A stretch of DNA of 64,000 nt from Candidatus Aenigmatarchaeota archaeon (GTDB taxonomy: Archaea; Aenigmatarchaeota; Aenigmatarchaeia; CG10238-14; SpSt-28), in NCBI GenBank assembly GCA_038733315.1, contig JAVYPJ010000001.1, positions 107,469-171,468 of the forward strand, in the 5' to 3' direction. The notes under the pieces were generated by a model. The model did no database searches, was not told the origin of the DNA, and saw nothing but the letters and a program-made list of their open reading frames with translations. The position numbers and the translations under genes were made by a program. Positions 49,211-59,380 of this stretch are shown here, piece after piece; the first letter of the stretch is position 1; each line of letters begins with the position of its first letter.

Positions 49211-50044
49211 ATGTTAACAAAAACTGAAAAATCAAAAATAATTGAGGAAATATCTGGAATTTTTAATAACTATAAAACTATTGGTTTTGTTGATTTTTAT
49301 ATGCTTCCGAGTAAAGAATATAAAGAGATGAAAAAGAGATTAAAAGAAAAAGATATAAATATAAAATATTTCAAAAAAAGCTTAGTTATTAAAGCTTTGG
49401 AAAAAATGGGAAAAACAGAATTAATTAAAGTGCTGCCAAATCAAGTTGGTGTATTACACTCTAATAAAAATCCTTTTGAGATTGTTAAGGAAGTTAAGCA
49501 GTTAGTTTCATATAGATATGCTAAAGATGGAGATATTGCAGAAGAAGATATAATAATAAAACCAATGGTTACAAACATACCTGCTGGCCCGTCTATTTCT
49601 GAATTTCAGAAATTAAAGTTTGAAGTTGGTGTAGAAGCTGGCAAAATTGCTATTAAAAAAGAGAAAAAAATAGTTTCAAAGGGTGAAAAGATAAATAGTC
49701 AAATAGCTAGTTTATTGCAAAAACTGGGAATAAAACCGATAAAAATAGTATTAAAATTAACATCTCTATACGACGGAAAAATATTATATACTAAGGATGT
49801 TTTGGATTTAGACGAGAAATATTATATAGAGAATATTTTAAAAGCATTTTCTGGAGCTAATGAATTAACTAAAAAAATTGGGTATTATACTAAGTATAAT
49901 ATCAGAGAGTTCTTAACATTAGCTAAAATAAGAGCAATAGCTATTGGAAAAAAAGCAAAAATCTACGAAAAAGAGGTAATAAAAGAGTTAGTAAAAGATT
50001 CTTATATAAGTGCTAAGATAATTTCTGAAAGAGTTAAAGTTTAA
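49211..50044 (+). CDS. rpl10: 50S ribosomal protein L10 (P0)
   Basis: AKDGDIA, PAGPSI, LQKLGIKP; between L1 and L12. Confidence 0.92.
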   Translation: MLTKTEKSKIIEEISGIFNNYKTIGFVDFYMLPSKEYKEMKKRLKEKDINIKYFKKSLVIKALEKMGKTELIKVLPNQVGVLHSNKNPFEIVKEVKQLVSYRYAKDGDIAEEDIIIKPMVTNIPAGPSISEFQKLKFEVGVEAGKIAIKKEKKIVSKGEKINSQIASLLQKLGIKPIKIVLKLTSLYDGKILYTKDVLDLDEKYYIENILKAFSGANELTKKIGYYTKYNIREFLTLAKIRAIAIGKKAKIYEKEVIKELVKDSYISAKIISERVKV

Positions 50045-50065
50045 ATACTTTTCTTTTAATAATTT

Positions 50066-50374
50066 ATGGAATACATATATGCAGCATTGCTATTACACTC
50101 AGCAAAAAAAGAAATAACTGAAGAAAACTTAAAGAAAGTTTTAAGTGCTGCTGGTGTTGAAATAAATGAAGCTAAGGTAAAGAGTTTGGTTGAAAGTATT
50201 AAGGGTATAAATATAGATGAAGTATTAAGCTCTGCTAGCATTCAAACTGCACCAATATCTTTACAGACAACAACACAGCAACCAAAGCAAGAAGAAGAAA
50301 AAGAGGAGAAAAAAGAAGAGAAAGCTTCTGATGAGCAGGCCGTAGCGGGATTAGCAGCCTTATTCGGAGTATAA
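50066..50374 (+). CDS. rpl12: 50S ribosomal protein L12 (P1)
   Basis: [13 protein letters not shown]...AGLAALFG. Confidence 0.96.
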   Translation: MEYIYAALLLHSAKKEITEENLKKVLSAAGVEINEAKVKSLVESIKGINIDEVLSSASIQTAPISLQTTTQQPKQEEEKEEKKEEKASDEQAVAGLAALFGV

Positions 50375-50446
50375 TCCCTTTATTTTTTTATTGCGCGCGA
50401 TAGTAGTGTATCTAGGTATGTATACCGTAAACACTTCTTATTTTGT

Positions 50447-50635
50447 ATGAAATGTATAAGGTGTGGATCGAGAAGATTAATAGAGTTTGTGGATAGTTTT
50501 GGAAAAGAAAGAGTATTTTGTAGGGATTGTTTAATAAGTCTTGAAAAAGGTGTTTTTGTAAAGTCTCTTTTACAAAGAAAAGTTCCAGAGTTTTACTTCA
50601 AAAACCAGATTAAATCATGGAATGTAAAGCCATAA
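50447..50635 (+). CDS. Small zinc-ribbon protein (hypothetical)
   Basis: CIRC...CRDC in 62 aa. Confidence 0.6.
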   Translation: MKCIRCGSRRLIEFVDSFGKERVFCRDCLISLEKGVFVKSLLQRKVPEFYFKNQIKSWNVKP

Positions 50636-50786
50636 TAAGCAGGATAAAAAGAGGAAAAAATACTGTAATAATGGTAACTGTTAAGAGAGGTAATAAGATT
50701 TTTGGCTTTACTAGACCTGTTAATATAAACTAATGTATACACATAATAATAAATACAGTTTAGAAATCACTTAACTTATTATGGGC

Positions 50787-50874
50787 AAGAAAAAGAAAGA
50801 GGGTGAAGAGAAAAAATAGTAATGTTGAATAAAAGCAATCGATAGTAAGGGCCTTCACCCTCTTTCTTTTTCTT
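50787..50874. repeat. 22-bp perfect inverted repeat with 44-nt spacer
   Basis: AAGAAAAAGAAAGAGGGTGAAG (50787-50808) is the reverse complement of 50853-50874. Confidence 0.92.
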
Positions 50875-52159
50875 TTTTGGTTGTTAGATATCGATAGTTT
50901 ATCTTTAAAGCCTCTAATCCCAGCATTGGTTTCCCGCTAAGATAAGTTATTAGCGCGCCGCCACCAGTGCTTACATATGTAAAGTCATTTTTATCTATTC
51001 CTAATTTTTCCATAGCTACAGAAGTATCTCCGCCGCCAACTAAGGATTTAATCTTTCCTGCCTTTGTTAACTCAGCTATGTATGAAAGTATTTCCTTAGT
51101 ACCATTTTCAAACCCCTTTTCTTCAAATTTTCCCATTGGCCCTTTTATAAGAATCCATCCGTTGTTATATAATTCTTTTATCATATTTTTATAATATTTT
51201 ATCGTTTCGAATCCAATATCTAAAATCGTTGCGTTTTTTGGAACTTCTCCAATTTTACATTCAATTTTATCACCATTAATTTTTACTAAAAAATCTTTTG
51301 GTAATATGATTTTTTCTTTATATTTCTCATAAATCCATTTTGCAGCACTTTCTAATTCTTTTAATTTCTCCTCATTGTTTTTTACTATTTTTCTTAAAAT
51401 TTCCTCGCTACCACTTCCTATTTCATATCTACTAACCTTTAGAAAAAGGTTTGCAACAACACCACCACAAATAACATACTTAACTCTTTCTGAAGATTTT
51501 TCAAAAATGTATTTTAAAACGCTTATAACATCATCTACTTTTGCACCACCCACTAAAAAAACTATTTCTTTACTTGAAAGAAAGTTTTCCAAATTTCTTA
51601 TTTCATCTTCTAAAACTCTACCAGCTATAAGCGGAATCCCTTTTCCTCCACCATACGCAAATCCTACAACACTTGCATGAGCCCTATGAGCAACTGAAAA
51701 AGCATCTAAAACATAATAGTCAATAAATTTTGACAAAAATTCTACTAAGGAAGATTTTGCGTGTTCTTCAAAACTTTTCTCTACATCTTCGTCTTCTAAA
51801 AATCTTACATTATCTAACAATAATACTTCTCCAGGTTTTAATTTTTTTATTTCGTTTTCAGCTCTTTCTCCTATTATATCGTTAACAAATTTTATTTCAA
51901 TACCTACGTACTCACTAAGAATTTTTGCATGTTGCTCTAGGGAAATAAAATCTGGTTCTCCTTTTCTAGACTGATGCGCTAATAAAATTATTTTTGCTTT
52001 CTTTTCAGCAAGCTCTTTAATTGTTTTAGAATGTCTTTCAAACCTTTCATTAGGAATCAACTTTCCATCAACTATATCTGAATTCAAATCAATTCTTACA
52101 GCAACGTATTTATCCTCTAAATTATTTTTAAAATCGTCAAGAGTAAAATATTCCTTCAT
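50855..52159 (-). CDS. pgk: Phosphoglycerate kinase
   Basis: VRIDLN, AHQSR, LLDNVRF, DAFSVAHRAHAS, GGAK, STGGGA; start moved to MKEYFT. Confidence 0.96.
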   Translation of the reverse strand: MKEYFTLDDFKNNLEDKYVAVRIDLNSDIVDGKLIPNERFERHSKTIKELAEKKAKIILLAHQSRKGEPDFISLEQHAKILSEYVGIEIKFVNDIIGERAENEIKKLKPGEVLLLDNVRFLEDEDVEKSFEEHAKSSLVEFLSKFIDYYVLDAFSVAHRAHASVVGFAYGGGKGIPLIAGRVLEDEIRNLENFLSSKEIVFLVGGAKVDDVISVLKYIFEKSSERVKYVICGGVVANLFLKVSRYEIGSGSEEILRKIVKNNEEKLKELESAAKWIYEKYKEKIILPKDFLVKINGDKIECKIGEVPKNATILDIGFETIKYYKNMIKELYNNGWILIKGPMGKFEEKGFENGTKEILSYIAELTKAGKIKSLVGGGDTSVAMEKLGIDKNDFTYVSTGGGALITYLSGKPMLGLEALKINYRYLTTKKEKERG

Positions 52160-52179
52160 AAAAAATAAAGAATTTTTAA

Positions 52180-53223
52180 CTATTTTAGAATTCCCAGATT
52201 TTTGTTTGTTTTTTCTATCGATTTCCACTTATCTTTCTCTATTCCTGAAATTGCCCTTATCGCATCTATATTTTCTGGAATAACAACCGCTTCTTGATGA
52301 ACCGCTTGCACATATCTTACTTTATTATTTTCAGCGTGTAGCAAATCCTTTAATACTATAACTTCCCAAATATCATTTCTAGGTCTTAAATAATCTCTAA
52401 ACTTTTCAATTATAACGCTTGTAGCTGGATACTCTTTTCCTTCTAAAAATATTATTCTAGTTTGTTTTTCAAATGCATCAATAATCTCTTCGTAGCTAAC
52501 ATTTCTTTTTAAGATTACATCTAGCATATGTATGTGCATTTTTGTGGTTGGAACTTTAACTGCTAAAGAAAAAATATTTAAATGTTTTAATACTGTTTTA
52601 ACATCTAGAGAATGGTGAGATGGTACGTGTAAATCATACTCTATAGCATCTATTGGCCCTTTTTTATATTCATGAGGATCGTTAGCTCTTCTTGCTAAAG
52701 CGACAAAAGCATATTCTATTCCGAATCTTTGATCTAAAGTATGTAAAGTTCTTATTAGACTTGTAGTATTGCAACTAGGGACTCTAACATAAGTTTTATC
52801 AAACGCTTCTTCGTAATTTACAAAAGAATTGAATGTCATTTCTGCAACATCTGCTTTTTCTCCACCCTGAAATATTACTTTTACTCCATATTTTTCGTAC
52901 AAAATTTTTTTATTTTGAGCACCAATTCCTTCTGGAGTACAATCAATTATAACATCTACAGCGCCATTTCTTAACAAATCTTCTAAAGTTCCATTAACCC
53001 ACATTCCTGATTTTTTAAATTCGTTATATGCCTCTAAATCGCTTGCATACAAATCCGTGCCATAAAGAAATCCATTAGGTTCTAAAACAGTTTTTATTAC
53101 ATAGTTTGGGTTTTTAGTCGATATTGCTACTAGATCTATATCATCTTGCAATTTTATTGCATGCGCAACTCTTTTTCCTATCGTTCCTATACCATTTACA
53201 ACAACCTTTGGTTTTACTCTCAT
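52180..53223 (-). CDS. gap: Glyceraldehyde-3-phosphate dehydrogenase, archaeal type II
   Basis: NGIGTIGKRVA, FQGGEK, SCNTT, PSHH, VHQEAVVIPENIDAIRA. Confidence 0.96.
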   Translation of the reverse strand: MRVKPKVVVNGIGTIGKRVAHAIKLQDDIDLVAISTKNPNYVIKTVLEPNGFLYGTDLYASDLEAYNEFKKSGMWVNGTLEDLLRNGAVDVIIDCTPEGIGAQNKKILYEKYGVKVIFQGGEKADVAEMTFNSFVNYEEAFDKTYVRVPSCNTTSLIRTLHTLDQRFGIEYAFVALARRANDPHEYKKGPIDAIEYDLHVPSHHSLDVKTVLKHLNIFSLAVKVPTTKMHIHMLDVILKRNVSYEEIIDAFEKQTRIIFLEGKEYPATSVIIEKFRDYLRPRNDIWEVIVLKDLLHAENNKVRYVQAVHQEAVVIPENIDAIRAISGIEKDKWKSIEKTNKNLGILK

Positions 53224-53244
53224 AAATATTTTTTAATCTCAATA

Positions 53245-53943
53245 CTATATTTTTTTACCAGATATTATTAAGTTCCTTTCAGTTAACATTTTATTATCGA
53301 CTTTAAAGTTTATACGAAAATTTTTTGATTTAGCATATTCTGCTAAATAAAAACACCACTTATAGTATTCGTTATTTATAGCATTAAAGAATTTATTCAA
53401 AATTTCATTATCTCTCTTCCATTTTTCATAATTTTCGCTTCCTATACAGCAAGGAACTAATATAAAAAAATTGCTAAATTCAGATGCTTTATCTATAACA
53501 ATTTCGCTTAAATTATTACAAGCATGAATTGAAACGATAAAATCTACATTCTCTAAATCTTTAATTTCTAAGATATTTTCTTCTATAAAAAATATATTAT
53601 CAAAAAATTTGCTTTTGTTATTAGATTTATAATCTTCACTAAACTTTAAATCGATAGCTACTATTTTTGAATTTGGAAAGTTTTTTGCTACAAAATGAGA
53701 AAATAAGGCATCCCCACTCATTAGTTCGCATAAAACGAACTTATCCATTTTATTTTTTTCTACTAAATTTTTCAAAACATTAAACACACTAACAACTTCA
53801 GTTATTTCTTTTAAGATGTATTCGTATCTTTCTTTTTCTAAATGAGGCTTCATTAAAATATTAAGAATATCGAATGGAAACCTCTTAATGAAAAATCTTA
53901 CATATTCATGCTTAGAATTTAAAATTTCCTTAGGATAAACCAT
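53245..53943 (-). CDS. Class I SAM-dependent methyltransferase
   Basis: ELMSGDA, VAID, SIHACNNLS, LVPCC. Confidence 0.75.
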   Translation of the reverse strand: MVYPKEILNSKHEYVRFFIKRFPFDILNILMKPHLEKERYEYILKEITEVVSVFNVLKNLVEKNKMDKFVLCELMSGDALFSHFVAKNFPNSKIVAIDLKFSEDYKSNNKSKFFDNIFFIEENILEIKDLENVDFIVSIHACNNLSEIVIDKASEFSNFFILVPCCIGSENYEKWKRDNEILNKFFNAINNEYYKWCFYLAEYAKSKNFRINFKVDNKMLTERNLIISGKKI

Positions 53944-54360
53944 TTATAAATTAATTTTTTCGGAAATTTTACTAACCAATTCTTCTATATTTTTTTCCAA
54001 TTTAATTAATTCATCGGCATTTTTATTGATTTCTTCCACATTTTCATCTAATAAAGAGAAAAAAAGTTTATAAAGCCTTATATCATATAAAGATTTTATT
54101 TTTCTTACTTCATCATATAATTCTCTACCAATTTGAAAGGCTAAAGGAGATAGGGTATCGAAAAGAATTGAAATATAAATATATTTCCTTTCAACATCAA
54201 TTATTTTTTCTAAGTTTTTAACTATATCAACCTTATTTTCTTCGATTAATTTTATTAGAATTTCCCTAAACATATCTATTTTTCCAAACATTAATGCTAT
54301 ATCTAGCCTTAAATTCTTTTCTCTTACTAGACTTATTAGTTTTTGAAACCTATCCTCCAT
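53944..54360 (-). CDS. Hypothetical protein
   Basis: 138-aa ORF abutting the next gene. Confidence 0.6.
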   Translation of the reverse strand: MEDRFQKLISLVREKNLRLDIALMFGKIDMFREILIKLIEENKVDIVKNLEKIIDVERKYIYISILFDTLSPLAFQIGRELYDEVRKIKSLYDIRLYKLFFSLLDENVEEINKNADELIKLEKNIEELVSKISEKINL

Positions 54361-54369
54361 AAATTTATT

Positions 54370-55203
54370 ATGGAAATTGTTAAAAGAAGTATATTGAAAA
54401 AAATTTATAAAAAAAGGGATTCTTGGTGCTATAAAGGAAATTTTGGAAAATTGGGAATAGTTTCTGGAAGTTATTATTATTCTGGTTCTCCAATATTTGT
54501 TGGATTGGCCGCATTAAGAGCTGGAGTTGATTTAGTAAGAATTTTTGCTCCTGAATGTATTTCAAATGCAATTAGAAGCTATTCACCGGATTTAATTGTT
54601 TTTCCTTATGAATCTAAATTTCTTAACATAAAAACTTTAAATTTTATTTTTGAAAATTCGAATGATTTAGATGCTTTTGTTATAGGTAATGGATTAAGTA
54701 GAAAAATAGAAGTATTAAATGCTATAAAGGAGTTTGTTAAGAAAGTTAAAATTCCATGCGTAATAGATGCAGATGCTATATATGCAATAAAAGGCATTAA
54801 GCTGAACAAAAATTTTATTATTACTCCTCATAGCTATGAATTCTTTGTTTTAAGCGGATATAAAGTTAAAAATAATTTAAAAGATCGAATTGAAAAAGTT
54901 AAGGAAGTAGCAAAAAAATATAATTGCATTATACTATTAAAAGGGCATATAGATGTTATTAGTAACGGAAAAAAAGTTGTGATTAATAAAACTGGTAGCG
55001 AATATATGACTAAAGGCGGTTTTGGAGATACATTAGCTGGAATTTGTGGAGCGTTATTAGCTAGGAAAATCGATCCTTTTATATCAGCTCAAGCAGCTTC
55101 ATACATTAATGGAAGAGCTGGTGAATTTGCTGCAAAGATTTATAAAGAATCAGTAATTGCAAGCGATATTTTCGATTTCATTCCAAAAATTCTAAAAATA
55201 TAA
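54370..55203 (+). CDS. nnrD: ADP-dependent NAD(P)H-hydrate dehydratase
   Basis: KGNFG, ALRAGVDLV, VIDADA, ITPHSYE, LLKG, KGGFGDTLAG. Confidence 0.92.
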   Translation: MEIVKRSILKKIYKKRDSWCYKGNFGKLGIVSGSYYYSGSPIFVGLAALRAGVDLVRIFAPECISNAIRSYSPDLIVFPYESKFLNIKTLNFIFENSNDLDAFVIGNGLSRKIEVLNAIKEFVKKVKIPCVIDADAIYAIKGIKLNKNFIITPHSYEFFVLSGYKVKNNLKDRIEKVKEVAKKYNCIILLKGHIDVISNGKKVVINKTGSEYMTKGGFGDTLAGICGALLARKIDPFISAQAASYINGRAGEFAAKIYKESVIASDIFDFIPKILKI

Positions 55204-55210
55204 ATACTTT

Positions 55211-55951
55211 ATGAATGCTATACCCTATTCTGATTCTTTTGTACAAAATAAAAAGTTAGGATGGAAAGAGGACAAAAATTTAGGGTATAGATTTAAAACT
55301 TATAAAGATATTTATCAAGATTTATTACCTCAACTTTTTGAGAAGAGAAAAAGTTTTTCTGTTGTAGTTGCTGGTCCTTCTAACGAGGAGGTTGAAATTA
55401 TTAAAAATCTTCTTGAAAAACACAAAAATGTCAATGTTAACATTTTTGAACCCGTTAAAGATAGGTCAGAAGAGTTAAGAGAAATGTTAGGATATTTAGG
55501 AGAAAGGGTTAATGTAATAGAAGATTACATATTTAATATAGAAAAATATCTTCCCAAAAAATCGATTGATGCTGCAATATTCTTCAATGTTGTTAATTGG
55601 ATTCCGATGAATATAATAAAATTGTTAGAAGGTTTAAATAAAACTCTTCTCTCTGATGGAATAGCTATCGTTTCTTTTTACACCAAGTTACGAGCCGATA
55701 GAAAAGATAAAAATTATATTATCGAAACCCCGAAATGGTTTATACGCTCTGTAGAGAGAAATTCTATAAAAAGTTTAAATGAGCTTAATCTTAGTAATCT
55801 TTATTATACAGATGGAAATGGAGCATTAAAGGTTTATGTATTGGGAAAAAGCGGTCTAGAAGAAATATTAAAGAATGTGAAAGAAAAGTATAAAGAAGCC
55901 CGTAAGATTTTAGACTTCATAGATTCGACCAATAAATATAAACTAAATTAA
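55211..55951 (+). CDS. Methyltransferase-fold hypothetical protein
   Basis: VVVAGP, IFEP, SIDAAIFFNVVNW, LLSDGIAIVS resemble class I methyltransferase motifs. Confidence 0.5.
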   Translation: MNAIPYSDSFVQNKKLGWKEDKNLGYRFKTYKDIYQDLLPQLFEKRKSFSVVVAGPSNEEVEIIKNLLEKHKNVNVNIFEPVKDRSEELREMLGYLGERVNVIEDYIFNIEKYLPKKSIDAAIFFNVVNWIPMNIIKLLEGLNKTLLSDGIAIVSFYTKLRADRKDKNYIIETPKWFIRSVERNSIKSLNELNLSNLYYTDGNGALKVYVLGKSGLEEILKNVKEKYKEARKILDFIDSTNKYKLN

Positions 55952-56392
55952 TTTCTCTAATATAGATATTAATTCTCTAATTTTACTTTTTTTAATCGCT
56001 ACAGAACCTACTGACCTATACTTATTTTTACTCCTTATTAAAATATCTTTTTTTGTTTGATTTATTCTAACAAATTCTTCCTCTCCTTCATATATTGGCC
56101 TAAATAAATCTATCCACAAAATATTATCTTTTCCTTGTTCTATCTTACCAATGAATTGAGATTTCCCAACATAATAAAAAACCTTTGCAGGACCTCTTTC
56201 ATCAAAATCAACTCTTTTCTCTATCAATAACCTTTCCAATATTTTAGTTACAGTATGTCTATTTAAGTTTAATGCGTTTGCGATTTCAGTTATAGTCATT
56301 CCTCTAGGGTTTTTTTCCAATAATTTTATAATTTTCTTAACATTTTCAGTTTCGTATTCTACCTCCTTACTTTCTAATGTATCTACGCTCAT
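55943..56392 (-). CDS. Winged-helix regulator with extra C-terminal domain
   Basis: PRGMTITEIANALNLNRHTVTKIL...GPAKVFY; similar to 34207-34476. Confidence 0.8.
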   Translation of the reverse strand: MSVDTLESKEVEYETENVKKIIKLLEKNPRGMTITEIANALNLNRHTVTKILERLLIEKRVDFDERGPAKVFYYVGKSQFIGKIEQGKDNILWIDLFRPIYEGEEEFVRINQTKKDILIRSKNKYRSVGSVAIKKSKIRELISILEKLI

Positions 56393-56464
56393 AATTAAAG
56401 ATTTGCTTCATATATAGATATATTTAAATTTATATACTAAAATATAGAAAAATATAAATACATT

Positions 56465-56482
56465 TTAATGTATATACATTAA
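56465..56482. promoter_or_regulatory. 18-bp perfect palindrome TTAATGTATATACATTAA, candidate operator
   Basis: Ends 1 nt before the ATG at 56484, in a divergent intergenic region shared with an HTH gene. Confidence 0.55.
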
Positions 56483-56483
56483 T

Positions 56484-57167
56484 ATGACAACAATAACATT
56501 ACTACATTTTAAAACGTCAAAAAATATAAACGAAATTGAAATGGAACTAAATAAAGTTTCAAGCGAAAAATACTGGATTGCGGCAACAAAGGAAGATAAT
56601 AACACAATAAAAATAATTTTTAATTATAAAACAAGCATTGAAGAAGAAGTAAGAAAAGTTTTAAACATTTCAGAAATTAAAAGAGTTTTTAATGGTAACT
56701 CTGGTATGTATCTAACAAGGAATGTTATAGCGTACATGCATTTTGATAAAGAAATTTTAGAAGTAAGAAGAGGTATAGATCATGTTTTTCGCTTCTTTAT
56801 TAATGTCTTAGAAAAATCTCTTAGAATTAAATTTATAAACGTCTATATACCATCAAAAACCCTAGCAAAAATAATAGAAAAACACACTATCTCCTTAAAT
56901 CAAATATATTTTAAATTTGTTAACGGTTTTTTATTCGAAATGTATAAAGGAAAATATTTACAATACTCTGAATTTATTAGAAAGAAAATTGAAGAGCTAA
57001 ACAAAAACATAAGAATAATAACAACGATACCAAAAATTAAATTTGATGGGTTTCAAAAAAGCTTTACGATAAATGGAGATAAAGGTACTATAAAATTTTG
57101 GTATAATAATGTATCAAAAAGCGAAATTTCGCAAATTTTAAATATAATTTTTGAAAATATGAAATAA
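56484..57167 (+). CDS. Hypothetical protein
   Basis: 227-aa ORF; no recognised motif. Confidence 0.65.
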   Translation: MTTITLLHFKTSKNINEIEMELNKVSSEKYWIAATKEDNNTIKIIFNYKTSIEEEVRKVLNISEIKRVFNGNSGMYLTRNVIAYMHFDKEILEVRRGIDHVFRFFINVLEKSLRIKFINVYIPSKTLAKIIEKHTISLNQIYFKFVNGFLFEMYKGKYLQYSEFIRKKIEELNKNIRIITTIPKIKFDGFQKSFTINGDKGTIKFWYNNVSKSEISQILNIIFENMK

Positions 57168-57208
57168 TAAAGTTTTCTAGTATTTAAATAGAGTGCCGAA
57201 AAAATATT

Positions 57209-57592
57209 ATGGATGAAGAAAAAAATATTTTAGAATTGCAGGCGGCAAAAGATGAATTAAACAAGCTTATTTCGTATAGAGAAAACCTAATGATGATTTA
57301 TAGAGAATTGAAACAATCGCTCGAAAGTTTAAGTATATTAAGTACTGAAGATCCAGTACTTCTTCCGATTGGTAGCGGTATTTTTTTAGAAAGTAAAATA
57401 AACAATAAAAATTTTGTTTTAGTTGGGGTTGGTTCAAATATATTTTTAGAAATGGAAACAGAAAAAGCAAAAGAATTTTTGAAAAAAAGAATTAAAAAAG
57501 TTGAAGAAGAAATTGTAGAAGTGCAAACATATATCCAAAACTTTCAATATTATATTTTAAATGTTTTAGAACATATAAAACGAAAAAAATAA
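57209..57592 (+). CDS. pfdA: Prefoldin alpha subunit
   Basis: Coiled coils flanking VLLPIGSGIF...VLVGVGSNIFLE. Confidence 0.9.
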   Translation: MDEEKNILELQAAKDELNKLISYRENLMMIYRELKQSLESLSILSTEDPVLLPIGSGIFLESKINNKNFVLVGVGSNIFLEMETEKAKEFLKKRIKKVEEEIVEVQTYIQNFQYYILNVLEHIKRKK

Positions 57593-57616
57593 ATTTTTTG
57601 TTACTAAATATTTCCT

Positions 57617-58429
57617 ATGAAGGATCAGGCAATCTTAGATGCCTTTAAAACAATAGGTTTGAACCTTTATGAAAGAAAACTATATCTTGCACTTTTATAT
57701 AAAGGAAGCGCGACCGCTGGAGAACTAGCAGATCTTACACAAGTACCTAGATCAAGGATTTATGACACCTTAGAAAGACTTTCTGAAAAGGGATTTGTCA
57801 TTATTCAACAAACAAGACCAGTAAGATTTATAGCTATAGATCCTGAAGAGGCTTTAGAGAGGTATAAGAAGGCTTTTGAAGAAAAAATTGCTGAAATGCA
57901 GAGAAGAATAGAGGAAATTAAAAAAAGTGAAATATTGAAAGAAATGAAGCAAATATTTTCACAGAAAATTAAAACAATTAATCCAGAAGAATTAACTGGA
58001 ACATTAAGAGGTTTAAAGGCATTTTTGGATGAGTTTGCAAACTCTGTAAAAAATGCTAAAAAATCTATAGATATAATTGCTGGTAGCGAGGTAATGAACC
58101 TTATCTATGAAAGATTTGCAGATTTATTAAATAAAGCAAAAGATTCTGGAATTAATTTAAGATTTTTAATAACAGATACCAAGGCTATAGAAACATTAAA
58201 TGTTTTGAAATTATTGGGCGAAGTTAAAACCATTGAAAAAGAAAAATTGCCAATAGATGGTAATGTTATAGTGGTAGATGGGGAAAATGTTATAATGAGT
58301 TTAACCAACTTAAGAGAAGTACCATCAAATCAAGCTTTAGCATTATGGACTAAAAGTGAAGTTGTAGCAAAAAACTTAATTATACCTATAATAGAAATTG
58401 CTTGGAGAGAGTATTCAAAGAGTATTTAA
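57617..58429 (+). CDS. TrmB-family transcriptional regulator
   Basis: GLNLYERKLYLAL, TAGELA, VPRSRIYDTLERL. Confidence 0.92.
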   Translation: MKDQAILDAFKTIGLNLYERKLYLALLYKGSATAGELADLTQVPRSRIYDTLERLSEKGFVIIQQTRPVRFIAIDPEEALERYKKAFEEKIAEMQRRIEEIKKSEILKEMKQIFSQKIKTINPEELTGTLRGLKAFLDEFANSVKNAKKSIDIIAGSEVMNLIYERFADLLNKAKDSGINLRFLITDTKAIETLNVLKLLGEVKTIEKEKLPIDGNVIVVDGENVIMSLTNLREVPSNQALALWTKSEVVAKNLIIPIIEIAWREYSKSI

Positions 58430-58438
58430 TCCTTCTTT

Positions 58439-59380
58439 ATGTTTTCTTTTTTTAAAAAGAAAATTAATGATATTGTAAAAAGTTTTACAAAAAAAGTTAA
58501 AGAAGTTAGTAAAAAAATAAAATATATTGAGATAAAAGAGGGTGACATTAATCCCTTATTAGAAGAGCTTGAAAACAATTTGATAGAGAATGATTGTAGC
58601 TATAGCGTAACTCAGAAAATTATAAATGATATTAGAAAGAATTTAATAGGTAAAAAAGTTGAAAGAAAAAAAATTAGAACAGAGATTAAAAATTCTATAA
58701 GAAAAAGTATTGAAGAGATATTGAGTTTTGGTGAAGCAAAAGATTTTGAAAAAGAAATTGAGAAAAGAGAAAAGCCTTTATCAATAATATTTTTTGGATT
58801 TAACGGTAGTGGAAAAACTACAACCATAGCGAAAATAGCAAAGAAACTATCAAGAAAATATAAAGTTTTGCTTGTAGCAGCAGATACTTTTAGAGCAGCC
58901 GCGATAGAGCAGCTAGAAGAATGGGGTAAAAAATTGAAAATAGAGGTTTTTAAAAAATCCTATAATTATGATCCGGCAGCTGTTATATACGAAGCTAAGA
59001 ACTATGCAATAAAAAATGGTTTTGAAATTCTATTGATAGATACTGCTGGAAGAAGTCATACAAATAAAAATTTGATGGATGAACTTTCTAAAATAATTAG
59101 AGTTAATAATCCAGAAATAAAAATATTAGTATTAGATTCCTTAACTGGCAGTGATATAATAAATCAGTATAATTTCTTTAGCCAGATTTCAAAAATCGAT
59201 TTCATTATTTTTACTAAGGTTGATGTTAACGAAAAGGGTGGTAATATTTTATCTATACTATACGAATTCAAAACACCAATAGCATATATTGGTATAGGAC
59301 AAAACGAAAACGATTTAGAAGAATTTAAAAAGGAAAGGTTTATAGATAATTTTTTAGGAACCAATTCCGAATCTTCTTAA
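58439..59380 (+). CDS. ftsY: SRP receptor FtsY
   Basis: GFNGSGKTTT, DTFRAAA, DTAGR, TKVD, GIGQ. Confidence 0.95.
   Translation: MFSFFKKKINDIVKSFTKKVKEVSKKIKYIEIKEGDINPLLEELENNLIENDCSYSVTQKIINDIRKNLIGKKVERKKIRTEIKNSIRKSIEEILSFGEAKDFEKEIEKREKPLSIIFFGFNGSGKTTTIAKIAKKLSRKYKVLLVAADTFRAAAIEQLEEWGKKLKIEVFKKSYNYDPAAVIYEAKNYAIKNGFEILLIDTAGRSHTNKNLMDELSKIIRVNNPEIKILVLDSLTGSDIINQYNFFSQISKIDFIIFTKVDVNEKGGNILSILYEFKTPIAYIGIGQNENDLEEFKKERFIDNFLGTNSESS

Noticed and set aside
50391..50450. TTG-started 19-codon ORF / GCGCGC and GGTATGTATACC near-palindromes
   Set aside because: Too short to distinguish from chance.
50671..50733. 20-aa micro-ORF MVTVKRGNKIFGFTRPVNIN
   Set aside because: No supporting motif; cannot be called from sequence alone.
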